Source of the DNA: a virus
Virus record (IMG/VR): IMGVR_UViG_3300047552_001147
Location: 1 to 64,000 of that record
Strand: one strand, 5' to 3'
Length of the DNA: 64,000 bases
Below, piece by piece: positions 19,462 through 27,588 of the stretch. The first letter of the stretch is position 1, and each line of letters begins with the position of its first letter. Under the pieces are notes generated by a model. That model was given only the letters and a program-made list of their open reading frames with translations, ran no database searches and was not told where the DNA came from. A program made the translations under genes and the position numbers.

Positions 19462-19494
19462 GTGGGATCCTTTTAGTGGACTAGCTCGAAGCCG

Positions 19495-19629
19495 TCAGTG
19501 GATACTGATCCCGAACATCTTGAATGTGAGTATGGCTGTCACGAGTATAGTGAAAAACAGCGTGGCCATGAAGACGATAAGTCCAATCGCTTCGATGATG
19601 CGACGCTGGTACGATTTCAGAAGATCCAT
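19495..19629 (-). CDS. 44-aa membrane peptide (below the ORF-track cutoff)
   Basis: MDLLKSYQRRIIEAIGLIVFMATLFFTILVTAILTFKMFGISIH; AAGGA RBS. Confidence 0.6.
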   Translation of the reverse strand: MDLLKSYQRRIIEAIGLIVFMATLFFTILVTAILTFKMFGISIH

Positions 19630-19646
19630 AGCGGTTCCTTTGCTCC

Positions 19647-20066
19647 TTAGTTGAGGGCGGCGGCCTGTTCGGTGATCTTGCCGATCTCCGCATGGATGGT
19701 GGCGGCCAACAGCATGTTGGCGGTTGAGTCGTCATTCACCTCGGCGATGATGGCGAGACGCTTCATCAGTCGGAGACGGTTCGGGTCGAATTTGTTGATC
19801 AATTCGAACATCTGTCTCGCGACATCAGCGGGACCGAGATCCGTGTCGGGGAAGGTTTGGCGGAATGACTTGATCGACTCCTCGGATGTACATTGATCCG
19901 CTATGAACGAATCAAGATCGAGGACGATGTCGTCCGGGTTCTGTGCCAGCCGCTTGAGTTCCACGACAACCTCGTCGTCGGTGTGCGTCTTGGTGTAGTT
20001 GAGGAGGTGGGTCGTGACGATGGCGCCGAGGAATACGTGGACCAGGTGGGTGTTTGTGGGCTTCAT
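19647..20066 (-). CDS. Helical hypothetical protein
   Basis: AAGGAG RBS; first gene after a promoter motif. Confidence 0.75.
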   Translation of the reverse strand: MKPTNTHLVHVFLGAIVTTHLLNYTKTHTDDEVVVELKRLAQNPDDIVLDLDSFIADQCTSEESIKSFRQTFPDTDLGPADVARQMFELINKFDPNRLRLMKRLAIIAEVNDDSTANMLLAATIHAEIGKITEQAAALN

Positions 20067-20099
20067 GTTTTGCTCCTTGGTTAGTTGGACCTGTCATAG

Positions 20100-20108
20100 T
20101 CTTATGAC
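20100..20108 (-). promoter_or_regulatory. Conserved promoter motif GTCATAAGA
   Basis: AAAAA lies 14 nt upstream. Confidence 0.75.
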
Positions 20109-20174
20109 GCGCCCGCTGTTGCTTTTTGAAGAAATCACGCTACTCTTTTAGTAGTCCTTCACTGAGAATAGTAC

Positions 20175-20675
20175 ATGTTCACAGAATCGTTTTTTGATGA
20201 GTTGGAGAAGATCGCGCTAACACTAAGAGGCGCGGTAGCTAGTGGCACAGCAAGATCAGCTGCCGGACACTCTCTGTTTAGACCAACTGGCCAATCCTCA
20301 GGATACGCTACACGTGCGAACCTGGCGAATGTTGGTAGACAGGACGTAGCCAAACGTAACATCCCTCCGATTGAGGAGCGGGCTAAGGTGCCTAGCCATC
20401 AGCTATCTCGCAACCAGATTGGGCAAGCTTTCCACGCTAAGAAGAGCTTTGAGAGCCCTAACACATTCAAAGGTTTCACTCCTGCTACTACCTCAGGTGC
20501 TAAGCCGTTAAATTCTGGAGCAAAGGCTGACTTGAAATCACGGCTTGTCGGCTCATACAGAGATAGACATGGAATTGGTCCGCACGTATCGGACCAAAAC
20601 GTTACAGGCAGGATGCTGAATAACAACGAGCTCGCTCGCCGCCGCACTGCCAGAGCAATGTTCAAAGGAAAGTAG
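20175..20675 (+). CDS. DELEK-tag basic protein
   Basis: MFTESFFDELEKIA; R/K-rich. Confidence 0.8.
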   Translation: MFTESFFDELEKIALTLRGAVASGTARSAAGHSLFRPTGQSSGYATRANLANVGRQDVAKRNIPPIEERAKVPSHQLSRNQIGQAFHAKKSFESPNTFKGFTPATTSGAKPLNSGAKADLKSRLVGSYRDRHGIGPHVSDQNVTGRMLNNNELARRRTARAMFKGK

Positions 20676-20678
20676 CAC

Positions 20679-21071
20679 ATGTTCACTCAAGCCCTTTTTG
20701 ATGAGCTAGACAAGCTCGCTGCTGTCGGTGTCCCTAAGCTTCTAAAGACTACAGCGTCACCATTCGGCAAGCGCTCTCGCGGCACTATCTCAAATCTTGT
20801 CCGCAAAGGTAAGAAGGGGTTCAAGCTACCGCTGCTGAAGACAGCCGAAGAGACTGTTGAATCACTTTTCGGCGGCAAGGGCGATGGTAAAGATGACGAC
20901 GACTTCGACCGAAAAGAGCTATCTAAGGGTAAGAAGGTCGAGCGTGAGCATACCAAGAGCAAGAAGAAGGCTGGGGAAATCGCCCGCGATCACCTGACTG
21001 AAGATAAGAAGTACTACTCAAAGCTCCACAAAGCTGGGCTAGCAGATGAGCTAAAAGCAAAGCCTATATGA
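20679..21071 (+). CDS. DELEK-tag protein with DUF5661-like domain
   Basis: MFTQALFDELDKLA; ELSKGKKVEREHT...IARDHLTEDKKYYSKL. Confidence 0.75.
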   Translation: MFTQALFDELDKLAAVGVPKLLKTTASPFGKRSRGTISNLVRKGKKGFKLPLLKTAEETVESLFGGKGDGKDDDDFDRKELSKGKKVEREHTKSKKKAGEIARDHLTEDKKYYSKLHKAGLADELKAKPI

Positions 21072-21084
21072 CTTTGCTGTAACG

Positions 21085-21636
21085 TTAGACTGGCGGAAGC
21101 TCAACAGCCAGTTCAGGGTAGCGGATGCGGATCTGCTCCAGCAACCACTTCTCTTGCTCCATCTTTGCTTGTCGGAATAGAATGGATTTCGCGTCAAGCG
21201 GTTGAGAACGGGTGGCGCTGTGTGAAGCGCACAGATCAGACGATCTCCTCACGTAAAGTAGGAATTCGTCACAATACGCATTTTTGTAATGATATGCAGC
21301 ACGCGTATGTTCGTTATCAGGACCGAATTCGTCGGTAAAGTCCAGTAGTAGCCGCCCTATGTCGGCTGTTCCAAGAACCTGTCGTTCGGTACAAACGAAC
21401 TTGTCGTCATCGCGACTGATGCTGCCTGCGCAGCGTACACGCCGCAGAATTACTCCTGGGGCGTGCATAATAGCATCAATTAGGCGCTCACTTGCGTGAA
21501 GCCCTGAGCGACACAACAGTATCGCTCCGTGGTGTGTTTCGGTCTCAAAAGCTTCTTTCGCTTGACGAGGTTCGGACCAGTTGTAACTGGCCATCTTGCC
21601 ACGTTCAGCGATGAAGTGCCAACCTAGTACGGCCAT
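21085..21636 (-). CDS. WH...GLHAS...DKxVC domain protein (DUF7666-like), paralog 3
   Basis: GWHF, LCRSGLHAS, DDKFVCTER. Confidence 0.65.
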   Translation of the reverse strand: MAVLGWHFIAERGKMASYNWSEPRQAKEAFETETHHGAILLCRSGLHASERLIDAIMHAPGVILRRVRCAGSISRDDDKFVCTERQVLGTADIGRLLLDFTDEFGPDNEHTRAAYHYKNAYCDEFLLYVRRSSDLCASHSATRSQPLDAKSILFRQAKMEQEKWLLEQIRIRYPELAVELPPV

Positions 21637-22229
21637 TCGATCCCTTCTCCTTTCCGAACAAAGAGGTGTTGGTAGGTTTTGCTGAGTAGCCATTCGTTGG
21701 CGTAGCGACTCATTTGATCACGAACTGCTCTGTTGCCACCCGCATAAGCGTCCAGGCAATTTACGGCGTAACGTGCTATGAGCAAGAGAGACTTGTTGTA
21801 CCATAGCTCACTTCCCAGCGGTTCTTTTTGAAATTCTGGTCTATTGTTGAACCACTGCTTCAACTCAATAACCCGATTTTTCGGGCTATTCCAGAAGAAC
21901 GACGGTGTTCTTTCCTCGTATCTCACCTTATCAGTGACATACGAGGCGAACTCCTCCAAGATCTTGGTGAAGTCCAGCGTGTGTACGATCTCTCGACGAG
22001 AGCACACAAGCTTGTCGCGTTCGGTAATGGCGTTGAACACCTTGACCAGCCGCAGAGTTGTGCCGGGGGCGTAAGCGACGGCATCAATCAGACGAACACT
22101 TGCGTGTAGACCTTTCTCACATATGATGAGTTCACCATCGTATGTTTCAGCTTCACCGTCTGCGGCGGCTTTTGATCCATCCCTCAGTAAGCCGGTGCTG
22201 GTGATGAAGTGCCAGGCGTAATCAGACAT
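21624..22229 (-). CDS. WH...GLHAS...DKxVC domain protein, paralog 2
   Basis: AWHF, ICEKGLHAS, RDKLVCSRR. Confidence 0.65.
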   Translation of the reverse strand: MSDYAWHFITSTGLLRDGSKAAADGEAETYDGELIICEKGLHASVRLIDAVAYAPGTTLRLVKVFNAITERDKLVCSRREIVHTLDFTKILEEFASYVTDKVRYEERTPSFFWNSPKNRVIELKQWFNNRPEFQKEPLGSELWYNKSLLLIARYAVNCLDAYAGGNRAVRDQMSRYANEWLLSKTYQHLFVRKGEGIEWPY

Positions 22230-22836
22230 ACACACCTTCCTTCTTGGCCTTGGCGATGACCGCCTTTTTGATGTAGTTGATGTGCCACCGGATGGTGGAG
22301 GTCGTGCAGACGTCATTGCCAGCACATGCCTGTATGGCCTCGACTGTTTCCGTCCAGTCGGGATACCACATCTCGTTGTTGGTACGGTCTGCTTTATTGT
22401 AAGCAGCCATAACCTGACGTTTGGTAGCCTTGCCCTTACGCCAGCGTTTTGCGACTCGGTACAGGTCGCCGAAAGGCTTGCTCAGCTTGCAGCCATCCTT
22501 TCTCTGCAATTTGATGAGACGATCCACTTCCATGAACAGGACATTGTTGAGGATGTCCTCGATGTTGATGGTGTAGAGGATCTTCCGCTCGGTGCAGACG
22601 AGCTTGTCATCACTTTCGACGACGTATCCGCTGCACTGTACGCGGCGAAGATACGGTCCTTTGTGGTACCTCGAGGCGTCCTCCAGTTTCCTGGACGCAT
22701 GTAGCCCGTAGTTGCACAAAGACACGTGAAGCCCGAGGTGCTTCTCGACGCCGGGGGCCTGCTTGGCTGGCCCGCCATTGTGGCTGAGCTTACGGCGGTT
22801 GCCGATCAAGTGCCAGGCAAGAATTGATTTGGTCAT
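22222..22836 (-). CDS. WH...GLHAS...DKxVC domain protein, paralog 1
   Basis: AWHL, LCNYGLHAS, DDKLVCTER; AAAGGAGG RBS. Confidence 0.65.
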   Translation of the reverse strand: MTKSILAWHLIGNRRKLSHNGGPAKQAPGVEKHLGLHVSLCNYGLHASRKLEDASRYHKGPYLRRVQCSGYVVESDDKLVCTERKILYTINIEDILNNVLFMEVDRLIKLQRKDGCKLSKPFGDLYRVAKRWRKGKATKRQVMAAYNKADRTNNEMWYPDWTETVEAIQACAGNDVCTTSTIRWHINYIKKAVIAKAKKEGVYV

Positions 22837-22866
22837 TGGTCCTCCTTTGTGACCTTGGTTCAATCA

Positions 22867-22875
22867 TCTTATGCC
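22867..22875 (-). promoter_or_regulatory. Conserved promoter motif GGCATAAGA
   Basis: AAAA lies 14 nt upstream. Confidence 0.75.
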
Positions 22876-22939
22876 ACACTCGGGGCGCATTTTCATCACT
22901 TTGCGTTAGAATTAGAAGGTGAGTACACTCGGAGAACAC

Positions 22940-23176
22940 ATGAGCTTTCAGAACGCCTTTTTTGATGAATTGACGAAGATCGCCGGCGATGACAAGTACA
23001 TCAAGCGGAAGCCTATGCAAGGCCCATCAGGGTTCACGCCCGGCTCAGTACTGGAACAAGAGCGTTCATTCAGAAGAATGAGCCGCCCAGTATCCTCAGG
23101 AAGAGCTGTTGGCAGTCTGAGCCAGCCGACTAGCGCTAGTGCGCGTAGGCCAGCTCCTAAATTGGTGCCTAGATAA
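22940..23176 (+). CDS. DELEK-tag basic protein
   Basis: MSFQNAFFDELTKIA; GGAG RBS. Confidence 0.8.
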   Translation: MSFQNAFFDELTKIAGDDKYIKRKPMQGPSGFTPGSVLEQERSFRRMSRPVSSGRAVGSLSQPTSASARRPAPKLVPR

Positions 23177-23184
23177 CACAGCCG

Positions 23185-24207
23185 ATGTCGTTCCAATCTA
23201 CGTTTTTTGATGAGTTGGAGAAGCAAGCTGTAATAGGTACCGCTATTACGGGGGCAGCGGCCCATCTAGGGATGAACGCCGCTGTTAAAGCCATTGGAAC
23301 TAAAAGAACAGGGCTGGCTGGTAAGCTGCTGAACCCGGCGCATAATTGGGTGCACAAGAAGAAAACTGAGGGGATGGCTGAAGGCATCCGCCGAGGATTG
23401 AAAGGTGAGAGCCCGCTGACCACTAAGGGGAAGATCACGCGATCTTGGGGCGTTCCTGAGCTAACGGCGGGGGCCGAACCTGGCCACAAGATTGGTGATG
23501 AGTTAGCCACTATACGGCCATCCCACAGATACCGCAGACTTCGTAAAATGCGCCAGGCGATGCTCAAGAGTGATCATGCCAAGCATGCGCCTATTGGTGA
23601 GAACGCCGTTGGCGCCATCACAAAGACTTTAGCGGATAAGGACGCTATGCGCTCACCCCGCAGGAGTCGGCCCGGACACACTAAGAAAGATGTCGCCGGT
23701 CATATTGGTGCTGTCGCAGCAGGACTACCCACCATACCGCTTACAGCAGGTAAGTCAGCTATCCACGGTGCGCTGAATGTCGCGAGAGTTGGTACAGCGA
23801 AATCAAAGGTTGGGCGCGACTTCGCGGCTAAGGGATTCAAGGAAGGCTTGAAGGGTAAACTACCGAGCAAAGGTAAGCAGCGCTTCTATGACTACGCTGT
23901 CTCGCCTTCAGCTCTAGATAGCCACCGGCTTGGCCACGCTGTTAGTAAAGAGACGCCGGCTAACCAGCTAAGATTGGCTCACTCATACGGTCGTGTTACA
24001 CCACACAGCACTAAAGTGCAATCTAGATCAATCGCCTCTAAGGTTCACTCGTTAGCGCACAAGACGCCGATTGAGCAAGCACGTCTAAAGAGCAAGGCTG
24101 AGAAAGCGCTCTCTGAAGTTCCGTCAAAAGTGAAGAACAAGTTCAAGGAATACGGCGGCAAGATGCTTGAGAAGAAGCTAAGCCACTTCCAGAACAAGAA
24201 AGACTAA
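23185..24207 (+). CDS. DELEK-tag very basic protein
   Basis: MSFQSTFFDELEKQA; K/R/H/A/G-rich. Confidence 0.8.
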   Translation: MSFQSTFFDELEKQAVIGTAITGAAAHLGMNAAVKAIGTKRTGLAGKLLNPAHNWVHKKKTEGMAEGIRRGLKGESPLTTKGKITRSWGVPELTAGAEPGHKIGDELATIRPSHRYRRLRKMRQAMLKSDHAKHAPIGENAVGAITKTLADKDAMRSPRRSRPGHTKKDVAGHIGAVAAGLPTIPLTAGKSAIHGALNVARVGTAKSKVGRDFAAKGFKEGLKGKLPSKGKQRFYDYAVSPSALDSHRLGHAVSKETPANQLRLAHSYGRVTPHSTKVQSRSIASKVHSLAHKTPIEQARLKSKAEKALSEVPSKVKNKFKEYGGKMLEKKLSHFQNKKD

Positions 24208-24230
24208 AATACTGGTTGAACCAGTATTCT
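24206..24230. terminator. Probable terminator between convergent genes
   Basis: AATACTGG-ttgaa-CCAGTATT. Confidence 0.65.
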
Positions 24231-24233
24231 ACG

Positions 24234-24356
24234 TCATTGCACCATATCGTACAAATGAGTCAGAACAAAATACACGATGAACCACATGGCGGCGATTGCT
24301 ACAACAGGTGCCACAATCTCCCGCCAAATGTGCTTCAGCTTTTCTAGAGTGTTCAT
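24234..24356 (-). CDS. 40-aa membrane peptide (below the ORF-track cutoff)
   Basis: MNTLEKLKHIWREIVAPVVAIAAMWFIVYFVLTHLYDMVQ; AAGGAG RBS; own promoter motif and terminator. Confidence 0.7.
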   Translation of the reverse strand: MNTLEKLKHIWREIVAPVVAIAAMWFIVYFVLTHLYDMVQ

Positions 24357-24373
24357 GTTATCTCCTTCTAGTA

Positions 24374-24382
24374 TCTTATGAC
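24374..24382 (-). promoter_or_regulatory. Conserved promoter motif GTCATAAGA
   Basis: 18 nt upstream of the peptide ATG. Confidence 0.7.
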
Positions 24383-24410
24383 TGATTATACCCTGAAAAT
24401 GGAAGCACAC

Positions 24411-24671
24411 GTGACATTCGAGAGAGCACTGATCTCAGAGCTAACTAAGCTCGCTATGGCAGCGAGCAATGCGGCGGATTACTGGGCCAATAAGGACGCC
24501 GCCGGCTTATCCAACAAACAACTACAGCCGGCTCACCGCAATCTGGATTATCTAGGTAAGCGGCCTAAGCCCAGGCAGTTAGACTTACCGTTCCCCAAGA
24601 AGCGGCCTATCCCACCAGCTGGGCCGGCGAAACAAGAGTTCGATTACATCAAGCGGAGACAGGGCCGCTAA
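24411..24671 (+). CDS. DELEK-tag variant basic protein
   Basis: (GTG)TFERALISELTKLA. Confidence 0.7.
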   Translation: MTFERALISELTKLAMAASNAADYWANKDAAGLSNKQLQPAHRNLDYLGKRPKPRQLDLPFPKKRPIPPAGPAKQEFDYIKRRQGR

Positions 24672-25237
24672 TGCCTTTCAAATCAAAAGCACAGCAGCGG
24701 TTTATGTTCGCGGCGGAATCCCAGGGTAAGCTAAAACCTGGGACCGCGCGGAAGTGGGCACACGAGACCAAAGATATGAAGAAACTACCTGAGCACGTTA
24801 AGAAGGCAGCGTTCGCGGACGCTGTTTTTGATGAGCTTGAGAAGTTGGCTGACCTACGGTTCGGCGATCCGAAGCATCCGGTAACAAGCTTGGGTATCTT
24901 CCTCCACGCTGACGAGGGGAAAGAGCGAAAGGTGCACAAGGAGTGGATGGACCTATTCTCGAAACATAGGTCACCAATCAAAGCACTCTCGGCGTACACA
25001 AAGCGTCACCCGAATACGTTTACTACCGCACTAATCAAGCACGAGGCGCCTCCGGGACTACTGTCCTTCAAGCAGAAGGCGCTGTACGCGGATAAGGTCA
25101 AAAATCCGCGCCTGTTCGTGAGAATTGGTCCAGCCGGATCACACTCGCAACACGCTATGTACCAAGAGGCCATGCGCGGTCTCTACGACGATGAGTTGCA
25201 CCACGCACCTAAGGATCAGCGACATGTTTACGGCTAA
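24671..25237 (+). CDS. MPFKSKAQ-type small phage domain fused to an internal DELEK tag
   Basis: MPFKSKAQQRFMFA...KKLPEHVKKAAFADAVFDELEKLA. Confidence 0.75.
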   Translation: MPFKSKAQQRFMFAAESQGKLKPGTARKWAHETKDMKKLPEHVKKAAFADAVFDELEKLADLRFGDPKHPVTSLGIFLHADEGKERKVHKEWMDLFSKHRSPIKALSAYTKRHPNTFTTALIKHEAPPGLLSFKQKALYADKVKNPRLFVRIGPAGSHSQHAMYQEAMRGLYDDELHHAPKDQRHVYG

Positions 25238-25499
25238 CTTCCAACAGGCATTCTTTGACGAGCTTGAGAAGCTCGCGTTCGTAGATCCGGCCACAATCAC
25301 CGCCGCGTCTACAGGCACACTCGCGGTACTAGGTCTTGGTAGTAAGTCTATCAAGACTGGTAAGTCGCTGTACAAGAAGTACAAGAGCTGGCGTAAGAAA
25401 GAGAAGAAGATGAAGCGCGGCAAGCTCAAGGAGTTCAGTAAGGCAATGCTGAGAGCGCCGGTTACCGTAGCTAATGAGGCGTCGGAGCATTTCGGATGA
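25224..25499 (+). CDS. DELEK-tag basic protein
   Basis: MFTANFQQAFFDELEKLA. Confidence 0.75.
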   Translation: MFTANFQQAFFDELEKLAFVDPATITAASTGTLAVLGLGSKSIKTGKSLYKKYKSWRKKEKKMKRGKLKEFSKAMLRAPVTVANEASEHFG

Positions 25500-25762
25500 G
25501 ATTCCAACAAGCACTATTTGACGAACTTGAGAAACTGGCCATTATGGCTGGTGGTAGCACACCTTCCGGACCATCTCCACGCACACCGTCACCTAGAGAG
25601 GTTAAGCTGATTAATAGCAACGCGGTTAACTTGCTGAAAGAGAAATTATCAACAGGTGACCACGGCACAGTTCATGGAATGTTCCCGAAATCTAAAGCAC
25701 GGCAGGACGGTATGCGTTGGCACCCACAAAACAGACTTAAAGGTCTGTTAGGTGATAAATGA
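25496..25762 (+). CDS. DELEK-tag protein
   Basis: MRFQQALFDELEKLA. Confidence 0.8.
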   Translation: MRFQQALFDELEKLAIMAGGSTPSGPSPRTPSPREVKLINSNAVNLLKEKLSTGDHGTVHGMFPKSKARQDGMRWHPQNRLKGLLGDK

Positions 25763-26022
25763 CTTTCCGCCAGGCCTTTTTTGATGAATTAGATAAGCAA
25801 GCTGCCTCGTGGACGGAACACGTGGGTGTGGCTGCTGAGGCAGCTGATGCTATTCGGCACTCTGGCGCTATCGGTGCAGCGAAACAGTACATCAAATCGT
25901 CTGGTGGCGTAATACCGGCGGCGAGGATTGCAGGCTCAATAGCATTGCAGGGAGCAGGTAAGGCTGCTAGAAGAGTTGGTCTGCTACCGCCCCAGCGTAG
26001 ACCTAAGATGGTGAAAGTCTGA
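25759..26022 (+). CDS. DELEK-tag protein
   Basis: MTFRQAFFDELDKQA. Confidence 0.8.
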   Translation: MTFRQAFFDELDKQAASWTEHVGVAAEAADAIRHSGAIGAAKQYIKSSGGVIPAARIAGSIALQGAGKAARRVGLLPPQRRPKMVKV

Positions 26023-26026
26023 GTAA

Positions 26027-26635
26027 ATGATCGAGCAAATCTTCAAATCTAAACACATCCTGCCCCAAGCCTATAAGCTTGTGCTGGATCAGACCATGCC
26101 TGAGGGGTGGGCGACTTGGGAGCCGGAAGCCCTGTGGGATGAGATCCAGCGTGTCCACGGAGTGCGACCTATCGAGGAAGTAGCGAACAAGATCAACGCG
26201 ATCAAGACGCTGCTGACTACCGAGCTCTATTACATGGACGCGACCGTATTTGAGAACATGATACTGGCCGCGAACGATTTGATGGTTCAGCCATCATCTT
26301 TCCAGATGTGCTCACCAGAGGAACTGGTGTACGGTATTAGGGCCTTCCGCCCCATTGAAAACCGCCCCCAGTCTTGGGGTAAAGAGATCCGGGCGTATGT
26401 TGACGCCTGCTGCCAGTTCTACGGGCTTTTGAAATATCCAGCTGAGCTAGAATTTGCACAGCCGCAATATGATGGTGAGCTGGCGAACCTGGCCAAACAG
26501 ATCACAATTAGGTATACTGATCCGAAAACACTGGATCAGAAGGACGTGGTGGCTGTTCAAGGTAACAAGCTCTACCATATCGCTGAGTATTGCGCAGTTA
26601 AGCTAGGTATGATGAGTGAGGAGAGCTTGAAATGA
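26027..26635 (+). CDS. Hypothetical protein (untagged, globular)
   Basis: 202-aa ORF inside the tag array. Confidence 0.7.
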   Translation: MIEQIFKSKHILPQAYKLVLDQTMPEGWATWEPEALWDEIQRVHGVRPIEEVANKINAIKTLLTTELYYMDATVFENMILAANDLMVQPSSFQMCSPEELVYGIRAFRPIENRPQSWGKEIRAYVDACCQFYGLLKYPAELEFAQPQYDGELANLAKQITIRYTDPKTLDQKDVVAVQGNKLYHIAEYCAVKLGMMSEESLK

Positions 26636-27030
26636 CGTTTTCTGATAGCTTGCTAGACGAGCTAAACAAACTGGCATATGACTACGGCTACGAGGCCCGC
26701 CGGTCAGAAGACCGTCATCGTTACAACCAACACACCAAGCCGCCCAAGTGGAAACACGCCCTATTGACGGGCGTAGTTATTGGTGCGGGACTGGGTGGTA
26801 TCCTAGCTAGCAAAGGTAAGCGGATGAGGGGTGCTGGTATCGGTGCAGCCGGTGGTGCTGTTGCTGGTGCTGTGTACAAAGGTCTACGCCACGTGTCTAT
26901 TGCTGATAGCAAGCATGTGATGTCTATGCCGAAGAACCGCCGCCGCGATCTACTAAAGCATCGCTCAAGAGCACACGAACGCGCATACGACGACATCAAC
27001 CAGGAACTCCTAAACAGGATGGGTCGTTAA
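26632..27030 (+). CDS. DELEK-tag protein with glycine zipper
   Basis: MTFSDSLLDELNKLA; GxxxG helices. Confidence 0.8.
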   Translation: MTFSDSLLDELNKLAYDYGYEARRSEDRHRYNQHTKPPKWKHALLTGVVIGAGLGGILASKGKRMRGAGIGAAGGAVAGAVYKGLRHVSIADSKHVMSMPKNRRRDLLKHRSRAHERAYDDINQELLNRMGR

Positions 27031-27031
27031 C

Positions 27032-27307
27032 ATGTTTCTAGAATCTTTCTTCGACGAGCTTGAGAAGCTCGGAGCCAAGTTTAACCCTAAACCGACGGTC
27101 GCCCACAAAGCACCTATTGGGCCAGCGGAGCCAACGGCAAATGCATACAAAAGAGGCTTCCAAGAGGCAGGGCGTCGTGTGCATAGCAACATGCAAAAAG
27201 GTCGCGGCACTCCCAAACAACCGTGGTATAAGAGCCCCGCTGCAATGATCGGTGGCGGTCTAGCTGGCGGATACGCGCTGTCTAGACTGACAAATAGGGA
27301 CGAGTGA
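27032..27307 (+). CDS. DELEK-tag protein
   Basis: MFLESFFDELEKLG; C-terminal Gly-rich helix. Confidence 0.8.
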   Translation: MFLESFFDELEKLGAKFNPKPTVAHKAPIGPAEPTANAYKRGFQEAGRRVHSNMQKGRGTPKQPWYKSPAAMIGGGLAGGYALSRLTNRDE

Positions 27308-27588
27308 TGTTCGCGGCAGCATTCTTCGACGAGCTAGAAAAGCTAGCCACCAACATCCTCACTAACAGTGTTGATGTGGTTAAGAAGCGCTGGAAAGAGG
27401 ATGTGGAAAAGCCGCGTCCTCCTGTTGTCAAGACAGCGATGCTTAATCCTGTCACATCTGCGTTGATGAAGAACAGCACTCCTGCCCAAGCATATCGCGG
27501 TATCCGTTCCGGCGTTAAAGCACTCGGTGGTGGAACATCCCGCATCGGCGGCGTCAGCGCACCTAAGCCCGCTACATTCAAGCTATGA
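27307..27588 (+). CDS. DELEK-tag protein
   Basis: MFAAAFFDELEKLA; internal VKTA. Confidence 0.8.
   Translation: MFAAAFFDELEKLATNILTNSVDVVKKRWKEDVEKPRPPVVKTAMLNPVTSALMKNSTPAQAYRGIRSGVKALGGGTSRIGGVSAPKPATFKL

Noticed and set aside
18388-27588. TTTGATGAG-type DNA repeats read as CRISPR or attC-like cassette sites
   Set aside because: They are always in frame, vary synonymously, are irregularly spaced and non-palindromic, so they are explained by the peptide tag.
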